Notes: generated by a model not told the origin, from the sequence alone. 49,077 bases of DNA from Candidatus Omnitrophota bacterium (GCA_043812495.1 JBDRMG010000029.1:1-49077); one strand, 5' to 3'; positions 1 through 11,241 are shown, counted from the first letter of the stretch. Made by a program: numbers and translations.

Positions 1-264
1 CGGACAATGTAAAGAAGCTGTCGCGTCTCTTATCATCATCGACTCTACTTGCTTGTTATCAAAGAACCCTAAAGCGGCTGAAATCCTCAAGATTAAATCA
101 CAAAGGTTTAAAGAACGGCTCAAAAATTAACAAAGTCCTGCTTATTAATAACCCACTGTTAGCCAAGCTGTTATTTCAAAAAAGTGGTGGGGGATCAAAT
201 TCAAACAGTCAACTTATGTCACTTCGTTCCATAAGTTGAGTTTTCATTTGATAAAACTTTGTCC

Positions 265-294
265 ATCCTACCACAGGACATAGCTAAGAGGCAA
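265..294 (-). promoter_or_regulatory. Putative sigma70 promoter facing the window start
   Basis: Minus strand TTGCCT-18 nt-TAGGAT with TG extension and an A/T tract upstream. Confidence 0.35.
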
Positions 295-757
295 TAATTT
301 TTTTCATTCTCTTCAGAAAGTATTATTTTTTAAGATTGCAAATGAATGCAAAGAGACATATGAAGAAAATATCAGAGATTCAGGATGTACGAAAGAAAAA
401 GAGAAAATATTTTTGAATTAGTTAATTCGCCTAAAAATAAAAATAAAAAATAAGAGAACTTTTAATATGTTGAAGAAATATATGATTTCTCAGGGAATAA
501 TGAAGCGGAGGGAAATCACAATTTAATAGATTAAAGAATGAATTAAATTAGCAAATTTTGCATCAAATATACACATTATGTTGTCGGAAAGCATAAGAAT
601 GAATGGATAGGCAATAGACAGCATCAGAATGTCCGAAAAGTAAGAAATAAGTTAGATTATATAAAAAGATGTAAAATTAATTGACGAATGTAAGAATATG
701 TAATAAACTGCATTTGAATTTAATTGCTGATTCAATTTAATCCCTTAAATAGATAAT

Positions 758-928
758 ATGGCATTTGAACCCTTAATGACAATTGAAGAAGTCGCGAAGT
801 ACCTTAAGGTGCAAAAGCGCACTATTTATGAGTGGGTCAAGAAAGGGAAAATCCCTGCAATCAAAACAATAGGACAATGGAGATTTAAAAAGGAAAAGAT
901 TGATTCCTGGTTAGACAGTCTGCAGTGA
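758..928 (+). CDS. Helix-turn-helix (HTH_17/excisionase-like) DNA-binding protein, 56 aa, not in the ORF track
   Basis: Manual translation MAFEPLMTIEEVAKYLKVQKRTIYEWVKKGKIPAIKTIGQWRFKKEKIDSWLDSLQ fits the LT.EEVA.YL...TIY.W...GKIPA.K.G.WRF pattern. Confidence 0.9.
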   Translation: MAFEPLMTIEEVAKYLKVQKRTIYEWVKKGKIPAIKTIGQWRFKKEKIDSWLDSLQ

Positions 929-983
929 TTCTGCGGGCGATAAGGGTTTTTTGTTGATAAATTGAATAGGCAAGGGAGGCAAT

Positions 984-1250
984 ATGGCTGACCAATTAAA
1001 GGGTTTCAGCGTAGAAAAAGATATTCGAGAACTGGTGGCTGAAATACTGGAAACGGAACCTAGCGAAATCAATGGGGATGCGCAATTTGTTAAGGATTTG
1101 GGAATGGATTCCATGATGGCGCTCGAGATCTTGGCCGGGATCGAGAAAAAATATCGCATCACCATACCCGAAGAAACATTGCCGAAATTTACGACGCTCA
1201 ATGAAACGATCAGAATCGTTCAAGGCATCGTCAAAGATCAGAAATCTTAA
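984..1250 (+). CDS. acpP: Acyl carrier protein
   Basis: 88 aa acidic protein with DLGMDSM phosphopantetheine site; GGGAGG RBS. Confidence 0.85.
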   Translation: MADQLKGFSVEKDIRELVAEILETEPSEINGDAQFVKDLGMDSMMALEILAGIEKKYRITIPEETLPKFTTLNETIRIVQGIVKDQKS

Positions 1251-1273
1251 AGACAACAGGAGAGGAGTTTTTC

Positions 1274-4200
1274 ATGTATTTTAAGAGATTAGAGATTTTT
1301 GGATTTAAATCATTTGCCGATAAGACGGTGCTAAATTTTGAGCCGGGGATCACGGCCGTCGTCGGACCCAATGGGTGCGGAAAAAGCAATATCTTTGACG
1401 CCATTCGCTGGGTCTTGGGAGAACAAAGCATCAAGGAACTTCGCGGTTCGGCCATGGAGGATGTGATCTTCAACGGCACCGACAAGAAACCTGCCTTAGG
1501 TTTTGCTGAAGTCAGCTGTACGTTCTCCAACGAATCCAGAGTCCTTCCCATAGAATACGATGAAGTCACGATTACCCGCAGACTGTTTCGTTCGGGTGAA
1601 AGCGAATATCTTCTCAATAAAACAGTCGTGCGCCTGAAGGATATTCTGGAATTATTGATGGGCACGGGGATTGGCTCCGAGGCCTATTCGCTGGTCCAGC
1701 AGGGGCGCGTAGATTTGATCGTGAGCGCCCGGCCCGAAGACCGACGCATCATCATCGATGAGGCCGCGGGGATCACAAAGTACAAATCAAAAAAGAAAGA
1801 GGCCTTAAATAAATTAAAAGACACCGAGAATAATCTTCTGCGCATCAATGATATTATTCTGGAAGTCAAGCGTCAAATCTCTTCCCTGGAGCGTCAAGCC
1901 ACGAAGGCCAGACGTTACAAAGAAACGTTTGAAAAGTTGAAGGACGCTGAGGTTCATCTCGCCCGTTATCAGCTGGGACTTTATCGCAACCAGGAAGACG
2001 AAATTCAGAGAAGTTTAAATTCTTACAAAGATCAAGAGGCTGACTATCAAACGCAAGCGCAACAGTTGAATGAAGACTTTGCCAAGGAAAGTGAAGCCGC
2101 CCAAGCGCTTGAGCACAAAGGCAATGAAATCACGTCCGAGGATTTAAAAATAGAAAATCAAATAGAAATCAATACACGGCAGATTCAATTTGATGAAGAA
2201 CGTATCGAAGAATTAAGAAATCAAAAAGCGCGTCTCGAACAACAAAAGGCTCAGCTCACCCAACAGTCCCTGATGCAAGAAGAGAAAATCAAATCTCTCC
2301 AAGAGGCCTTGATGGCTCTTGGCGAAACAACCCGGAATAATAATATTCTTGTGGAAGAAAAAAGGCTGTTGTTGAACAAAATCGCTCAGGACAATCGAGA
2401 AGCCAAAGACGCAATTCGTCATCACGAAGAACAAATTTTTAATCTCACAACAGATCAGGTCAATTTGAAAAACGAGCAGACCGAAGTGATGAAGGAATTT
2501 CAAGGGTGCCTGGCCCGCAAGCGCCGTCTGGAGATGGAATTCGAGAAGGTCTCCTGTGAAAAAGCAGAAAGCGACAATCGTCTCAAGACCGTCAATGAAG
2601 ATATCGACCGCTATCAATCGAAGATCGATGACCTCAAAGGAAAAAAAGAAATCAAGATTGCAGAAGTGGGCGAGCTCAAGGATCACCTAATGACCATTGA
2701 AGACAATATCCGTGAGCTTGAAAAACGCCGGTTATTTCTTAAATCTCAGAAAGAATTTATCGAGGAATTGCGCGTGCAGTATCAAGATATCCCGGATCCC
2801 GTGATCGACGGAACACTGCTAACGACTCATCCTCCGCAGGAAAACCATACAGGCATTATCGGCAAGGTTAAAAATGTGACGGTGCTTAATCAAGACAAAC
2901 TCAATCTGCTCAAGAGCCATTTTCCCCATTATAACGGCGCCAATCTTTATGAAATTATATGCGAGTCAAAGTTTATTGAGCTGGATCCGCAGCACATTAT
3001 CGCCAAGATGGATGAATTAACGCAAGGCATCGAGCAAGCCGTTAGCCAAAAAGAGATCTTGGTCCAGGACGTTAAAGAAAAAGAGGATGTGATTGCGAGT
3101 CTGACACATTCGGTTCATGACGTCGAGAAAATTCTGTCGAGTTTTGAGGCAATCAAAAACGATATCCTCAGCGAAGTCAATAAGCTCAACAATGAATTAG
3201 ATTTGGCGAATCAGGAATTGTCAGAGGCTAAAGAGTCGATGCGCACGCTCAAAAGGAAAGAAGATGAATTGATAGCGCGATTGACTGTCATCGAGGAGGG
3301 TATTGAAGTATGTCAAGAAGGCATTAAAGAAAAACGCAATCTGATCAGCCAAAAGGCCCAGGAAAAGGAAGAAGCGACCGTTACGATTGCTCAGCTTGAA
3401 ACGGAATTGGAAAGCGCTGGCGACCAGGAGAAATCGCTGAACGAAAATCTTCAGATGTTTCAGGATGCCAAGACGGATAACGCGCAAGATATCCAGAGAA
3501 TCGATCAAGAGATGCTCGGGCATGATCAGAAGAAGCTGGAGCTAGAGCAAAATATTATTAACTTGCGCTCATCCTTCCGGGAACTCGGACATAAAAGAGA
3601 ATCCCTCAAACACGCGTTTGCGGATTATGAACAGAAAAAAGCGGATATTGTGCGCACCCTCCACGAGATGAATCAAAAAAGTGCGCAGCTTGAGGAAGGA
3701 TTAAGAAAGATCCAGGAGAGTATTCACGGCCAGGCATTGAAATCGCAAGAGACGCTTTTCCAGGAAAAAAGTATCAAGGATCGGCTCGTGCAAACTTATA
3801 AGATCAATGTGGATGAATGGCCGCAATCTTGTGAAAAAGTCGCTCAACCAAGCCCGGCGCAAGATCAAGAGCAAACCGTTTGTTCGGCGGGCACGGAAGA
3901 TGCTGCAAAGGAATTTAATCCGGAGGAATGTCAGCAAGAGATTGAGGCGCTTCAAAAACGATGCGAGAATTACGGCGCCGTGAATCTCGTGGCTATTGAT
4001 GAATTTGATGCCCTCAGGGAACGGTTTGAATTCTTGACCAAGCAACAGTGTGATTTGATCACGGCCCAAGAATCCCTGCATAAAACTATTAGCAAGATCA
4101 ATCGCACAACGCGGCAGATGTTTATGGATACGTTCATCAAGGTGAGCGAGGAATTCCGTATCTATTTCCGGATGCTTTTTGGCGGCGGCGAGGCACAGTT

Positions 4201-4612
4201 GATTCTTGTCGATCCGGAAAACGTCTTGGAATCCGGAATCGAAATTATCGCGCGGCCTCCCGGAAAGAAGCTTCAGAATATCATGCTTCTCTCCGGCGGA
4301 GAGAAATCCTTGGCGGCGATCGCCTTGATCTTCGGTGTCTTCAAGGTCAACCCGAGCCCCTTCTGTATTTTGGATGAAATTGATGCGGCCTTGGACGAAG
4401 CCAATGTGGGGCGTTTTAGCTATCTCTTAAAAGACTTCTGCAAGATTGCCCAATTCATCGTGATCACCCATAATAAAAAGACTATTGTCAATGCCAATGT
4501 CATGTATGGGATCACGATGCAGGAATCCGGCGTTTCTCGCATTGTCTCGGTGAAGTTGGCGAATCAAGAAGAAGAGATGAAAGAGGCCGAGGTTCCGGCG
4601 GGAGTTTCGTAA
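1274..4612 (+). CDS. smc: Chromosome segregation protein SMC
   Basis: FKSF, Walker A GPNGCGKSN, long coiled coils, LSGGE signature, LDEIDAALD Walker B/D-loop. Confidence 0.97.
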   Translation: MYFKRLEIFGFKSFADKTVLNFEPGITAVVGPNGCGKSNIFDAIRWVLGEQSIKELRGSAMEDVIFNGTDKKPALGFAEVSCTFSNESRVLPIEYDEVTITRRLFRSGESEYLLNKTVVRLKDILELLMGTGIGSEAYSLVQQGRVDLIVSARPEDRRIIIDEAAGITKYKSKKKEALNKLKDTENNLLRINDIILEVKRQISSLERQATKARRYKETFEKLKDAEVHLARYQLGLYRNQEDEIQRSLNSYKDQEADYQTQAQQLNEDFAKESEAAQALEHKGNEITSEDLKIENQIEINTRQIQFDEERIEELRNQKARLEQQKAQLTQQSLMQEEKIKSLQEALMALGETTRNNNILVEEKRLLLNKIAQDNREAKDAIRHHEEQIFNLTTDQVNLKNEQTEVMKEFQGCLARKRRLEMEFEKVSCEKAESDNRLKTVNEDIDRYQSKIDDLKGKKEIKIAEVGELKDHLMTIEDNIRELEKRRLFLKSQKEFIEELRVQYQDIPDPVIDGTLLTTHPPQENHTGIIGKVKNVTVLNQDKLNLLKSHFPHYNGANLYEIICESKFIELDPQHIIAKMDELTQGIEQAVSQKEILVQDVKEKEDVIASLTHSVHDVEKILSSFEAIKNDILSEVNKLNNELDLANQELSEAKESMRTLKRKEDELIARLTVIEEGIEVCQEGIKEKRNLISQKAQEKEEATVTIAQLETELESAGDQEKSLNENLQMFQDAKTDNAQDIQRIDQEMLGHDQKKLELEQNIINLRSSFRELGHKRESLKHAFADYEQKKADIVRTLHEMNQKSAQLEEGLRKIQESIHGQALKSQETLFQEKSIKDRLVQTYKINVDEWPQSCEKVAQPSPAQDQEQTVCSAGTEDAAKEFNPEECQQEIEALQKRCENYGAVNLVAIDEFDALRERFEFLTKQQCDLITAQESLHKTISKINRTTRQMFMDTFIKVSEEFRIYFRMLFGGGEAQLILVDPENVLESGIEIIARPPGKKLQNIMLLSGGEKSLAAIALIFGVFKVNPSPFCILDEIDAALDEANVGRFSYLLKDFCKIAQFIVITHNKKTIVNANVMYGITMQESGVSRIVSVKLANQEEEMKEAEVPAGVS

Positions 4613-4626
4613 GTTTTTAAGTGAGT

Positions 4627-5805
4627 TTAAGCCACGCAGGTTTTATTTTTCCCGATAAATTTTGCGGTGTACATCGCCTGGTCGGCTTTAGTGATGAGTT
4701 CTTCTTTGGTTTGGGTATCATCCGGAAATTCGGCAATGCCGATACTGACGGTGAGTTTCAAAAAATGTTCCGAAGAGAATTTCGGAAAATCGAATTGAGC
4801 GATCTTTTCACGTAAGCGTTCTGCAGAAACATAAGCCTGTTCTTTATTGGTCTGGGTCAAAATAATCGAAAATTCCTCTCCGCCATAACGACAAACATAG
4901 TCGTTATCCCGGGATGATTCCTTGAGAACTCTCGCTAACTCCTGCAAAACAATATCGCCGTTTTGATGGCCCCACGAATCATTGAACATTTTAAAATTGT
5001 CGATATCGATGATCGCTAAGCTCAAAAATGATTTGCTTTGCTTGGTTTCTTCGATTTTGGCAGCAAGCGTATCTTGAAAAAAACCATGATTCCAGAGAGT
5101 CGTTAAAGAATCCGTATGGCTTTTATGGACGAACATTTCGTGTAGACGCGAATTCTCCACGGCCAATCCGGCTTGGTTTGCGAGCATCACAAAAATTTTA
5201 AAATCTTCCGGCGTAATGGTTTTCTGGGTAAACAGATTATCCGCTACGATCAGACCGTTGACTTTGTCTTTTGCTTTGAGGGGCATAATGACTAGCTCGC
5301 TGGTTTTAAAAGCGCGTAGAAGCGGGTCGTTATGATACTGATGAATTTCATTTTTCTGAATGTGCATGGGCATCCCATGAAAATAGGCTTTGGCCAAAAG
5401 GCCGCCATCATCCGCATTTAAAGAAATCCGTAGCTTTCGCATTGCTTTATTCAAGGGGGTATTTAAATTTTCTGTGACCTTATAGGCTGCGCTGAGTTTT
5501 TCGAGCGTCGGGTTTTCATCCTCAAGGTTTCTCCAGATTTTATGTGCTTCCTCCCCGGACTCGGGGCCGATGACCATTTTTCCCTCCAGGGAGCGCTCGT
5601 TGCTGTTGACTAAGAAGAGAATGGCTCGGTTGAATCCCAGACCGATATCCGAGGTCACTCCTGTCAAAATAATATGCAGGATATGGTTCAGATCAAGCGT
5701 TGTGCGCATCAGATTGCTGATTTCATAGAAAATCTCAAGCTCTCTGCGCGAACATGCAAGCTCTTTCTGCAGATTGTTTTCGTCTTTGATAATGTTCTCG
5801 CTCAT
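4627..5805 (-). CDS. GAF-domain sensor diguanylate cyclase
   Basis: N-terminal GAF-like region; DIDNFK, GH..GD, RxxD I-site (RDND) and RYGGEEF; start taken at MSENII. Confidence 0.92.
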   Translation of the reverse strand: MSENIIKDENNLQKELACSRRELEIFYEISNLMRTTLDLNHILHIILTGVTSDIGLGFNRAILFLVNSNERSLEGKMVIGPESGEEAHKIWRNLEDENPTLEKLSAAYKVTENLNTPLNKAMRKLRISLNADDGGLLAKAYFHGMPMHIQKNEIHQYHNDPLLRAFKTSELVIMPLKAKDKVNGLIVADNLFTQKTITPEDFKIFVMLANQAGLAVENSRLHEMFVHKSHTDSLTTLWNHGFFQDTLAAKIEETKQSKSFLSLAIIDIDNFKMFNDSWGHQNGDIVLQELARVLKESSRDNDYVCRYGGEEFSIILTQTNKEQAYVSAERLREKIAQFDFPKFSSEHFLKLTVSIGIAEFPDDTQTKEELITKADQAMYTAKFIGKNKTCVA

Positions 5806-5939
5806 GATTTGAAAGATAGCATGATCGCACCAAAAAGTCAAGATGAGTTTAATTTTTGAGGAAAACTAAGATGTTGCAACTTACTGATAATAAGTAAGTT
5901 ACGCTCTGTCAATGAAATATTCCCAAAGAAAGCGGTTTC

Positions 5940-5968
5940 TTGACATCATATGAGGCTTATGTTATACT
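5940..5968 (+). promoter_or_regulatory. Sigma70 promoter upstream of cvpA-NIF3-dnaG-rpoD
   Basis: TTGACA-17 nt-TATACT. Confidence 0.75.
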
Positions 5969-5987
5969 TTAGCGAATTTATAATACT

Positions 5988-6101
5988 ATTCTCCTTCGTC
6001 TTACCAATGGAAAGCAATGGTATAGGCTTCGGAGAATCATTCAGATGAGAATATTCTACGAAGCATATGCTATCTTTTTCAAGACTTATGTGAAGTAGAA
6101 T
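5988..6101. repeat. REP-like inverted hairpin doublet
   Basis: ATTCTCC-TTC-G...C-TTC-GGAGAAT followed by ATTCTAC-GAA-G...GAA-GTAGAAT; same layout at 13341-13441. Confidence 0.65.
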
Positions 6102-6112
6102 AATATATTTTA

Positions 6113-6700
6113 ATGGACTTATTAAACAGCCTTAATTGGGTTGATCTGATTATCGTAAGTATCTTCGCGCGGGCGATTTACGTAGGGACTAAGCGCGGAT
6201 TTATTGTAGAAATCTTTAAGCTTATCGGTGTTTTCTTCGGCCTATTGATTACGCTTCATTTTTTCGGGTCTCTTGCGAGTTTCTTAGAGAAGAGTATTCA
6301 ATTGCCCAAAGGCGCAAGTCATTTTGTCGCCTATCTTGCCTTGGGGGGGATCACGATCCTTGTCTTTAAATTTGCCCGCGATACATTTATGACGCTCTTT
6401 CGCATCGAAGCACACTCCGTCTTCGATCATTGGGGCGGACTTGTCCTCTCTTTTTTGCGGGCCCTTTTGCTTTGCAGCCTGCTGATGGTTTTCCTTCGTG
6501 TTCTTGATATCGGGTATTTTAGTCGGAATACAGAGAAATCATTTTTGGGCTCTCGCCTTGTGACGGTTGCGCCAAGAGTTTATGAAGGGACGTTTTTTGG
6601 GTTCATCAGCAAGTTTTTTCCGGCAGAAGAGTTAAACAAAGAGGCTTTTCCGTTCAAAAAATCTTCAGAAGAAAAAGAGAAGCAGAAAGAAAAACCGTAA
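6113..6700 (+). CDS. cvpA: CvpA family membrane protein
   Basis: NWVDLII...G.KRGFIVE motif, several transmembrane segments, D..GG motif. Confidence 0.85.
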   Translation: MDLLNSLNWVDLIIVSIFARAIYVGTKRGFIVEIFKLIGVFFGLLITLHFFGSLASFLEKSIQLPKGASHFVAYLALGGITILVFKFARDTFMTLFRIEAHSVFDHWGGLVLSFLRALLLCSLLMVFLRVLDIGYFSRNTEKSFLGSRLVTVAPRVYEGTFFGFISKFFPAEELNKEAFPFKKSSEEKEKQKEKP

Positions 6701-6736
6701 TCTGCGTCTATCCGTTAGGATGAAAGGGATCAATCC

Positions 6737-7690
6737 ATGAAACTCAACGAGATATACAGATTTATTGTCCGCGAAGGGATGCATGAGGATTTTAGGAAAA
6801 AGAACGAAATCCATAAGAAGCTCTTGGACGCTAAACGACGCTATCAAAAGTGTAAAGGCATAGAAAAAAAGCTTTTTGATGCCGAACAACTCGCTAATCC
6901 CTATGCGGATACACGCATTCTTTACGGTTCACCGACGATAAACATAGAGCGCTTGCTGGTCGGTATTGACATGGAAGTCGGCGAAATTCTTTTGGCGCAG
7001 GAGCTTGCCAAGAAAGGCAAAGCGATTGATCTTATTCTATCGCATCATCCCGAAGGAAGGGCTTTGGCCGCCCTGGATGATGTCATGGGATTGCAGGTGG
7101 ACATTCTTTCTCAAAAGGGCTTAAATTATTCCATCGCTAAGGATTTGATGGAGAAAAGAATGAAAGAAGTGAGTCGGCGTCTACATGCGGGAAATTATGC
7201 TCGCGCCGTAGATGCCGCACGATTATTAAATATTCCGTTTATGTGTTGTCATACGCCTTCGGATAATCATGTCGCCCGGTATTTGCAGAAAACCATGGAT
7301 CGCAAAAAGCCAAAAAATCTTAAAAACGTTTTGGATTTGCTCATGAAAGAGCCCGAGTATCGAGACGCGACACGCAACAATGTCGGCCCGCGGATTTTAG
7401 TTGGGAAACCCGAGGATAAAGCCGGAAAAATCATGGTGGATATGACCGGCGGTACGGAAGGCTCAAAAGAGGTTTTTGCGCGACTATCCCAGGCCGGCAT
7501 TAAAACGTTATTGTGCATGCATCTTTCAGATCAACATTTCGAGAAAGTAAAGAATGAACACATCCATGTGATTATCGCCGGGCATATTTCAAGCGATAAC
7601 ATCGGATTAAATCTTCTTTTGGATAAGCTTGAGAAAAAAGAACGCTTGGATGTGATCGAGTGTTCGGGATTTAAGAGATTTAAACGTTAA
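6737..7690 (+). CDS. NIF3-like (NGG1p interacting factor) metal-binding protein
   Basis: SHHP, HTPSDN, MH and GHISSD motifs. Confidence 0.8.
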   Translation: MKLNEIYRFIVREGMHEDFRKKNEIHKKLLDAKRRYQKCKGIEKKLFDAEQLANPYADTRILYGSPTINIERLLVGIDMEVGEILLAQELAKKGKAIDLILSHHPEGRALAALDDVMGLQVDILSQKGLNYSIAKDLMEKRMKEVSRRLHAGNYARAVDAARLLNIPFMCCHTPSDNHVARYLQKTMDRKKPKNLKNVLDLLMKEPEYRDATRNNVGPRILVGKPEDKAGKIMVDMTGGTEGSKEVFARLSQAGIKTLLCMHLSDQHFEKVKNEHIHVIIAGHISSDNIGLNLLLDKLEKKERLDVIECSGFKRFKR

Positions 7691-7788
7691 ATCTTTAAAG
7701 TAAGAAACGATTGATCAGCAACAGGAACTTTGTGCTGAGCAATGCTTAGGAAATTCATCTTTGAAGAATTTTTAAGAATAAGGCATTC

Positions 7789-9558
7789 ATGGGATTAATC
7801 TCTGAAGAGATTATCGCGCAGGTTCTGGACCGCTCGGATATCGCGGAGACCGTAGGAAGCTATATACCTCTGAAACGGGCCGGACGCAATTTTAAGGCCT
7901 GCTGTCCTTTTCATAACGAGAAAACGCCTTCGTTCGTTGTCAATGTGCAGAAACAAATTTTTCATTGTTTCGGCTGTGGTGTCGGCGGCAATGTTGTGAC
8001 TTTTGTCATGAAGCAAGAGCGCATCGAATTTCCCGAGGCCCTGCGCTTGCTGGCACGAAAAGTTAATATTGAAATTCCCGACGCAAGCCCGGCGGACCGT
8101 CAGACGTTGAGCCTCAAAGAAGTCCTGTATTCAACGAATGATTGCGCGGTTCGCTTTTTTCATGAAAATTTGATTTCCTCAAAAGAACCGTCGGCCGTTT
8201 TGGCCAGAGAATATTTGAAAAACCGCGGCCTGAGCCTGGAAACCGTTAAGAAATGCAAAATCGGTTTTGCCCTTGATCAATGGGATCGGCTGCTGAATCA
8301 TTTGCAGGCACAAAAGATTTCCTTAAGTTTTATTGAAAAAGCCGGGCTCATTGTTCCTCAGGAGCGCGGCAACGGCTTTTACGATCGCTTTCGCCATCGT
8401 ATTATTTTTCCGATCTTTGATGTCAGATTGCGTTGTGTAGCCTTCGGGGCACGCGCGATGAAAGAGGGCATAGCCAAATATATCAATTCGCCCGAGACCA
8501 TCCTTTACACCAAGGGACAGCATCTCTACGGTTTGCATTTGGCCAAAAATGCGATCCAAGAAAAAGACAGCGTGATTGTCGTTGAGGGGTATATGGATTT
8601 TCTCATCCCCTGTCAAGCCGGCGTGGAGAATATCGTGGCCTCCCAAGGGACGGCGTTGACAGTCGAGCAAATCCGCCTCTTGCGTCGTTATACAAAAAAT
8701 ATCATTATGCTTTTTGATACGGATAAGGCGGGAGAGTCGGCCATGGTTAGAAGCCTGGATCTTCTCATTGACGAAGGGATGAATGTCAAAGTGACTCTTC
8801 TTAAGGCAGGCGAAGATCCGGATTCTTTTGTGCGCAAATTCGGCGTAAAGGAATTTTGTGATCGCCTCAATCAAGCCAAATCGCTATTTGATTATAAATT
8901 GAATGTCCTCATGGGGCACTACAGCCATAAAACGATCGAAGGAAAAGAAAGGATCGCGGCCGGCCTTTTGCCGACGATTGCCAAATTTAAAAATGCCGTC
9001 GTAAAATTTAGCTATATCAAACAGCTTGCGGAGGTGTTATCCGTTCCCGAAGAAGCGCTGTTTTTGGAGATGAACAAAACACTCAAGGGCGCGCAAACAA
9101 CAGATCAACCGGCGCTAACGCAGTCGATTTTATTAAAACACACGCAAGCGGTTGAACGCGATCTGTTGCGTTTGATTTTGCATGATGAATCGTGCATGGC
9201 CACCGTCAGGGAATGTTTGAGCCTATCTGATTTTCAAGACGAAGAGATCCGATGCGTTATGGCCACCATGTTTGAGTTGGCCGAAAAAGGCAAGGACATC
9301 ACAGTCAATAACTTGATGTCCTGTATCCAGGATGAACACTTGGCCCAGATGATTGCACAGCTGGTGGCCCTTGAACACCCCTTGACGGACAACAAGGAAA
9401 GAATGCTCCAAGACTATATCAGCGTTATCAAGAAAAATTGCCTAAAACGAGAACTCAAAAGTCTCAGCCTTCATATTAAGCAAGCCGAAGAAACCGGTGA
9501 TGCTCATCGGTTGGATGATTTTCGACGGCAGTATAACCAATTAATCAAATCGAGGTAA
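7789..9558 (+). CDS. dnaG: DNA primase
   Basis: CPFH.EKTPSF...CFGC zinc finger, [14 protein letters not shown], DxD TOPRIM. Confidence 0.98.
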   Translation: MGLISEEIIAQVLDRSDIAETVGSYIPLKRAGRNFKACCPFHNEKTPSFVVNVQKQIFHCFGCGVGGNVVTFVMKQERIEFPEALRLLARKVNIEIPDASPADRQTLSLKEVLYSTNDCAVRFFHENLISSKEPSAVLAREYLKNRGLSLETVKKCKIGFALDQWDRLLNHLQAQKISLSFIEKAGLIVPQERGNGFYDRFRHRIIFPIFDVRLRCVAFGARAMKEGIAKYINSPETILYTKGQHLYGLHLAKNAIQEKDSVIVVEGYMDFLIPCQAGVENIVASQGTALTVEQIRLLRRYTKNIIMLFDTDKAGESAMVRSLDLLIDEGMNVKVTLLKAGEDPDSFVRKFGVKEFCDRLNQAKSLFDYKLNVLMGHYSHKTIEGKERIAAGLLPTIAKFKNAVVKFSYIKQLAEVLSVPEEALFLEMNKTLKGAQTTDQPALTQSILLKHTQAVERDLLRLILHDESCMATVRECLSLSDFQDEEIRCVMATMFELAEKGKDITVNNLMSCIQDEHLAQMIAQLVALEHPLTDNKERMLQDYISVIKKNCLKRELKSLSLHIKQAEETGDAHRLDDFRRQYNQLIKSR

Positions 9559-9562
9559 GGAC

Positions 9563-11164
9563 ATGTTAAAGAAAAGTATCAAGGAACAAAAAAAGAGCAA
9601 TGATTTCGAAACGGATGTCCGCAAGCTGATTTTACTGGGAAAGTCCAAGGGGTATCTCACCTATGATGAAGTCAACAATGCGCTTTCTAAGGATATTGAC
9701 TCCTCCGAAGACATTGACCAGGTGTTCGACATCCTCGACGGGAAAGATATCAAGATCATCGAGTCGGGAGATGACGTGAAGGGGCCTGCGGAGGCAGACG
9801 AAGAAAAAGAATCACCTTCCTACAAAGACGAGCAGGTTAAGGAAGATAACATCTATTCGGAGAAATTTATCCCCTTAGATGATCCTGTTAAAATGTATCT
9901 CAAACAGATGGGTTCGATTTCTCTGTTATCCCGGGAAGATGAAATTCGCCTGGCGATGCAGATCGAAGACACGGAAACAAAATTTGCGCGGGCCCTTTTC
10001 AAGACCGCTTATGCCCGCAAGAAGGCTCTGGAGATCATCAACAAGGTGCTCAAAGAAGAAATCAACGTGGAGGATGTGATTAAAGATGAGCTCGAGCGTC
10101 GTCCGAAACTCATTAAGGATTTGAATAAACTCATCCGTAAGATTCGCCATACCCGCGTTGGATCGGATAAGGCGGCCAAGCTATTGGCTGAATTTAAAAT
10201 GACATCGACGGAAAATGAAAAAATCGTCTCTCAAATTAACCATCTGGTTGATCGTATTGAGCGTATCGATAAGAATCTGAAAACAAAAAAGAAGGCTGCG
10301 GACATTGCGCGCGCACGTCAAAACAAAAGAAAATTCCTGCGGGAATTAGGCGAGTCTGTCAAACGCGTCAAAGAACAATTGAGGGTTGTTAAGCTGCGCC
10401 AGTCGAAATTTAATAAAGCCAAAAAATTGCTGGTGGAAGCTAATCTGCGCTTGGTCGTCAGCATTGCTAAGAAATATATTAATCGCGGGCTGTCCTTTCT
10501 GGATCTTATCCAAGAAGGCAATATGGGTCTGATTCGCGCGGTGGAAAAATTCGAATATCAGCGCGGGTATAAATTTTCCACCTATGCCACGTGGTGGATC
10601 CGGCAAGCGATCACTCGCTCGATTGCTGATCAGGCGAGGACGATCCGCATCCCGGTTCATATGACGGAAACGATTAATAAGATTATTCGCGTTTCGCGGT
10701 TGTTTGTTCAAGAATACGGACGCGAGCCTGCGGCTCAGGAAATCGCGAGGCAAATGAGGATCCCCATCAGCAAAGTAAAGGAAATCCTGAAGATTTCCCA
10801 AGTCCCGATTTCTCTCCAGACGCCGATCGGAGATGAGGGCGATACGCATTTTGGAGACTTCATTGAGGATAAAAAGGCGATTTCTCCGGCCAACGCCACT
10901 TTGCAGTCTATGCTCAAAGAGGAAATCGGCGATGTTTTGGAAACGCTGGATGATCGCGAAAAGAAAATCCTTGAGTTGCGCTTTGGTATCACGGATGGAT
11001 CGAGCCGGACCTTAGAAGAAGTCGGAAGTGAATTTGACGTCACCCGGGAAAGAGTCAGGCAAATTGAATCCAAGGCCTTACGAAAGCTCAGACATCCGAC
11101 ACGCTCGCGAAGACTGAAATCTTTCTTGGATGTTGCGGCTAAAGAGGGAGAGGGCATATTATAG
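9563..11164 (+). CDS. rpoD: Primary RNA polymerase sigma factor
   Basis: Region 1.1, [49 protein letters not shown]; follows dnaG. Confidence 0.98.
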   Translation: MLKKSIKEQKKSNDFETDVRKLILLGKSKGYLTYDEVNNALSKDIDSSEDIDQVFDILDGKDIKIIESGDDVKGPAEADEEKESPSYKDEQVKEDNIYSEKFIPLDDPVKMYLKQMGSISLLSREDEIRLAMQIEDTETKFARALFKTAYARKKALEIINKVLKEEINVEDVIKDELERRPKLIKDLNKLIRKIRHTRVGSDKAAKLLAEFKMTSTENEKIVSQINHLVDRIERIDKNLKTKKKAADIARARQNKRKFLRELGESVKRVKEQLRVVKLRQSKFNKAKKLLVEANLRLVVSIAKKYINRGLSFLDLIQEGNMGLIRAVEKFEYQRGYKFSTYATWWIRQAITRSIADQARTIRIPVHMTETINKIIRVSRLFVQEYGREPAAQEIARQMRIPISKVKEILKISQVPISLQTPIGDEGDTHFGDFIEDKKAISPANATLQSMLKEEIGDVLETLDDREKKILELRFGITDGSSRTLEEVGSEFDVTRERVRQIESKALRKLRHPTRSRRLKSFLDVAAKEGEGIL

Positions 11165-11204
11165 CTTTAAAGCTTCCAAGAATCCTGATATGTTCTTGAA
11201 ATAT

Positions 11205-11241
11205 AGGGGCTTACCGCTTCGCGGTAAGCCCCTGTTTTTTT
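11205..11241 (+). terminator. Intrinsic terminator after rpoD
   Basis: 13 bp stem AGGGGCTTACCGC/GCGGTAAGCCCCT followed by a T run. Confidence 0.8.

Noticed and set aside
300..750. AT-rich tract as replication origin or gene
   Set aside because: No DnaA-box cluster or credible ORF seen.
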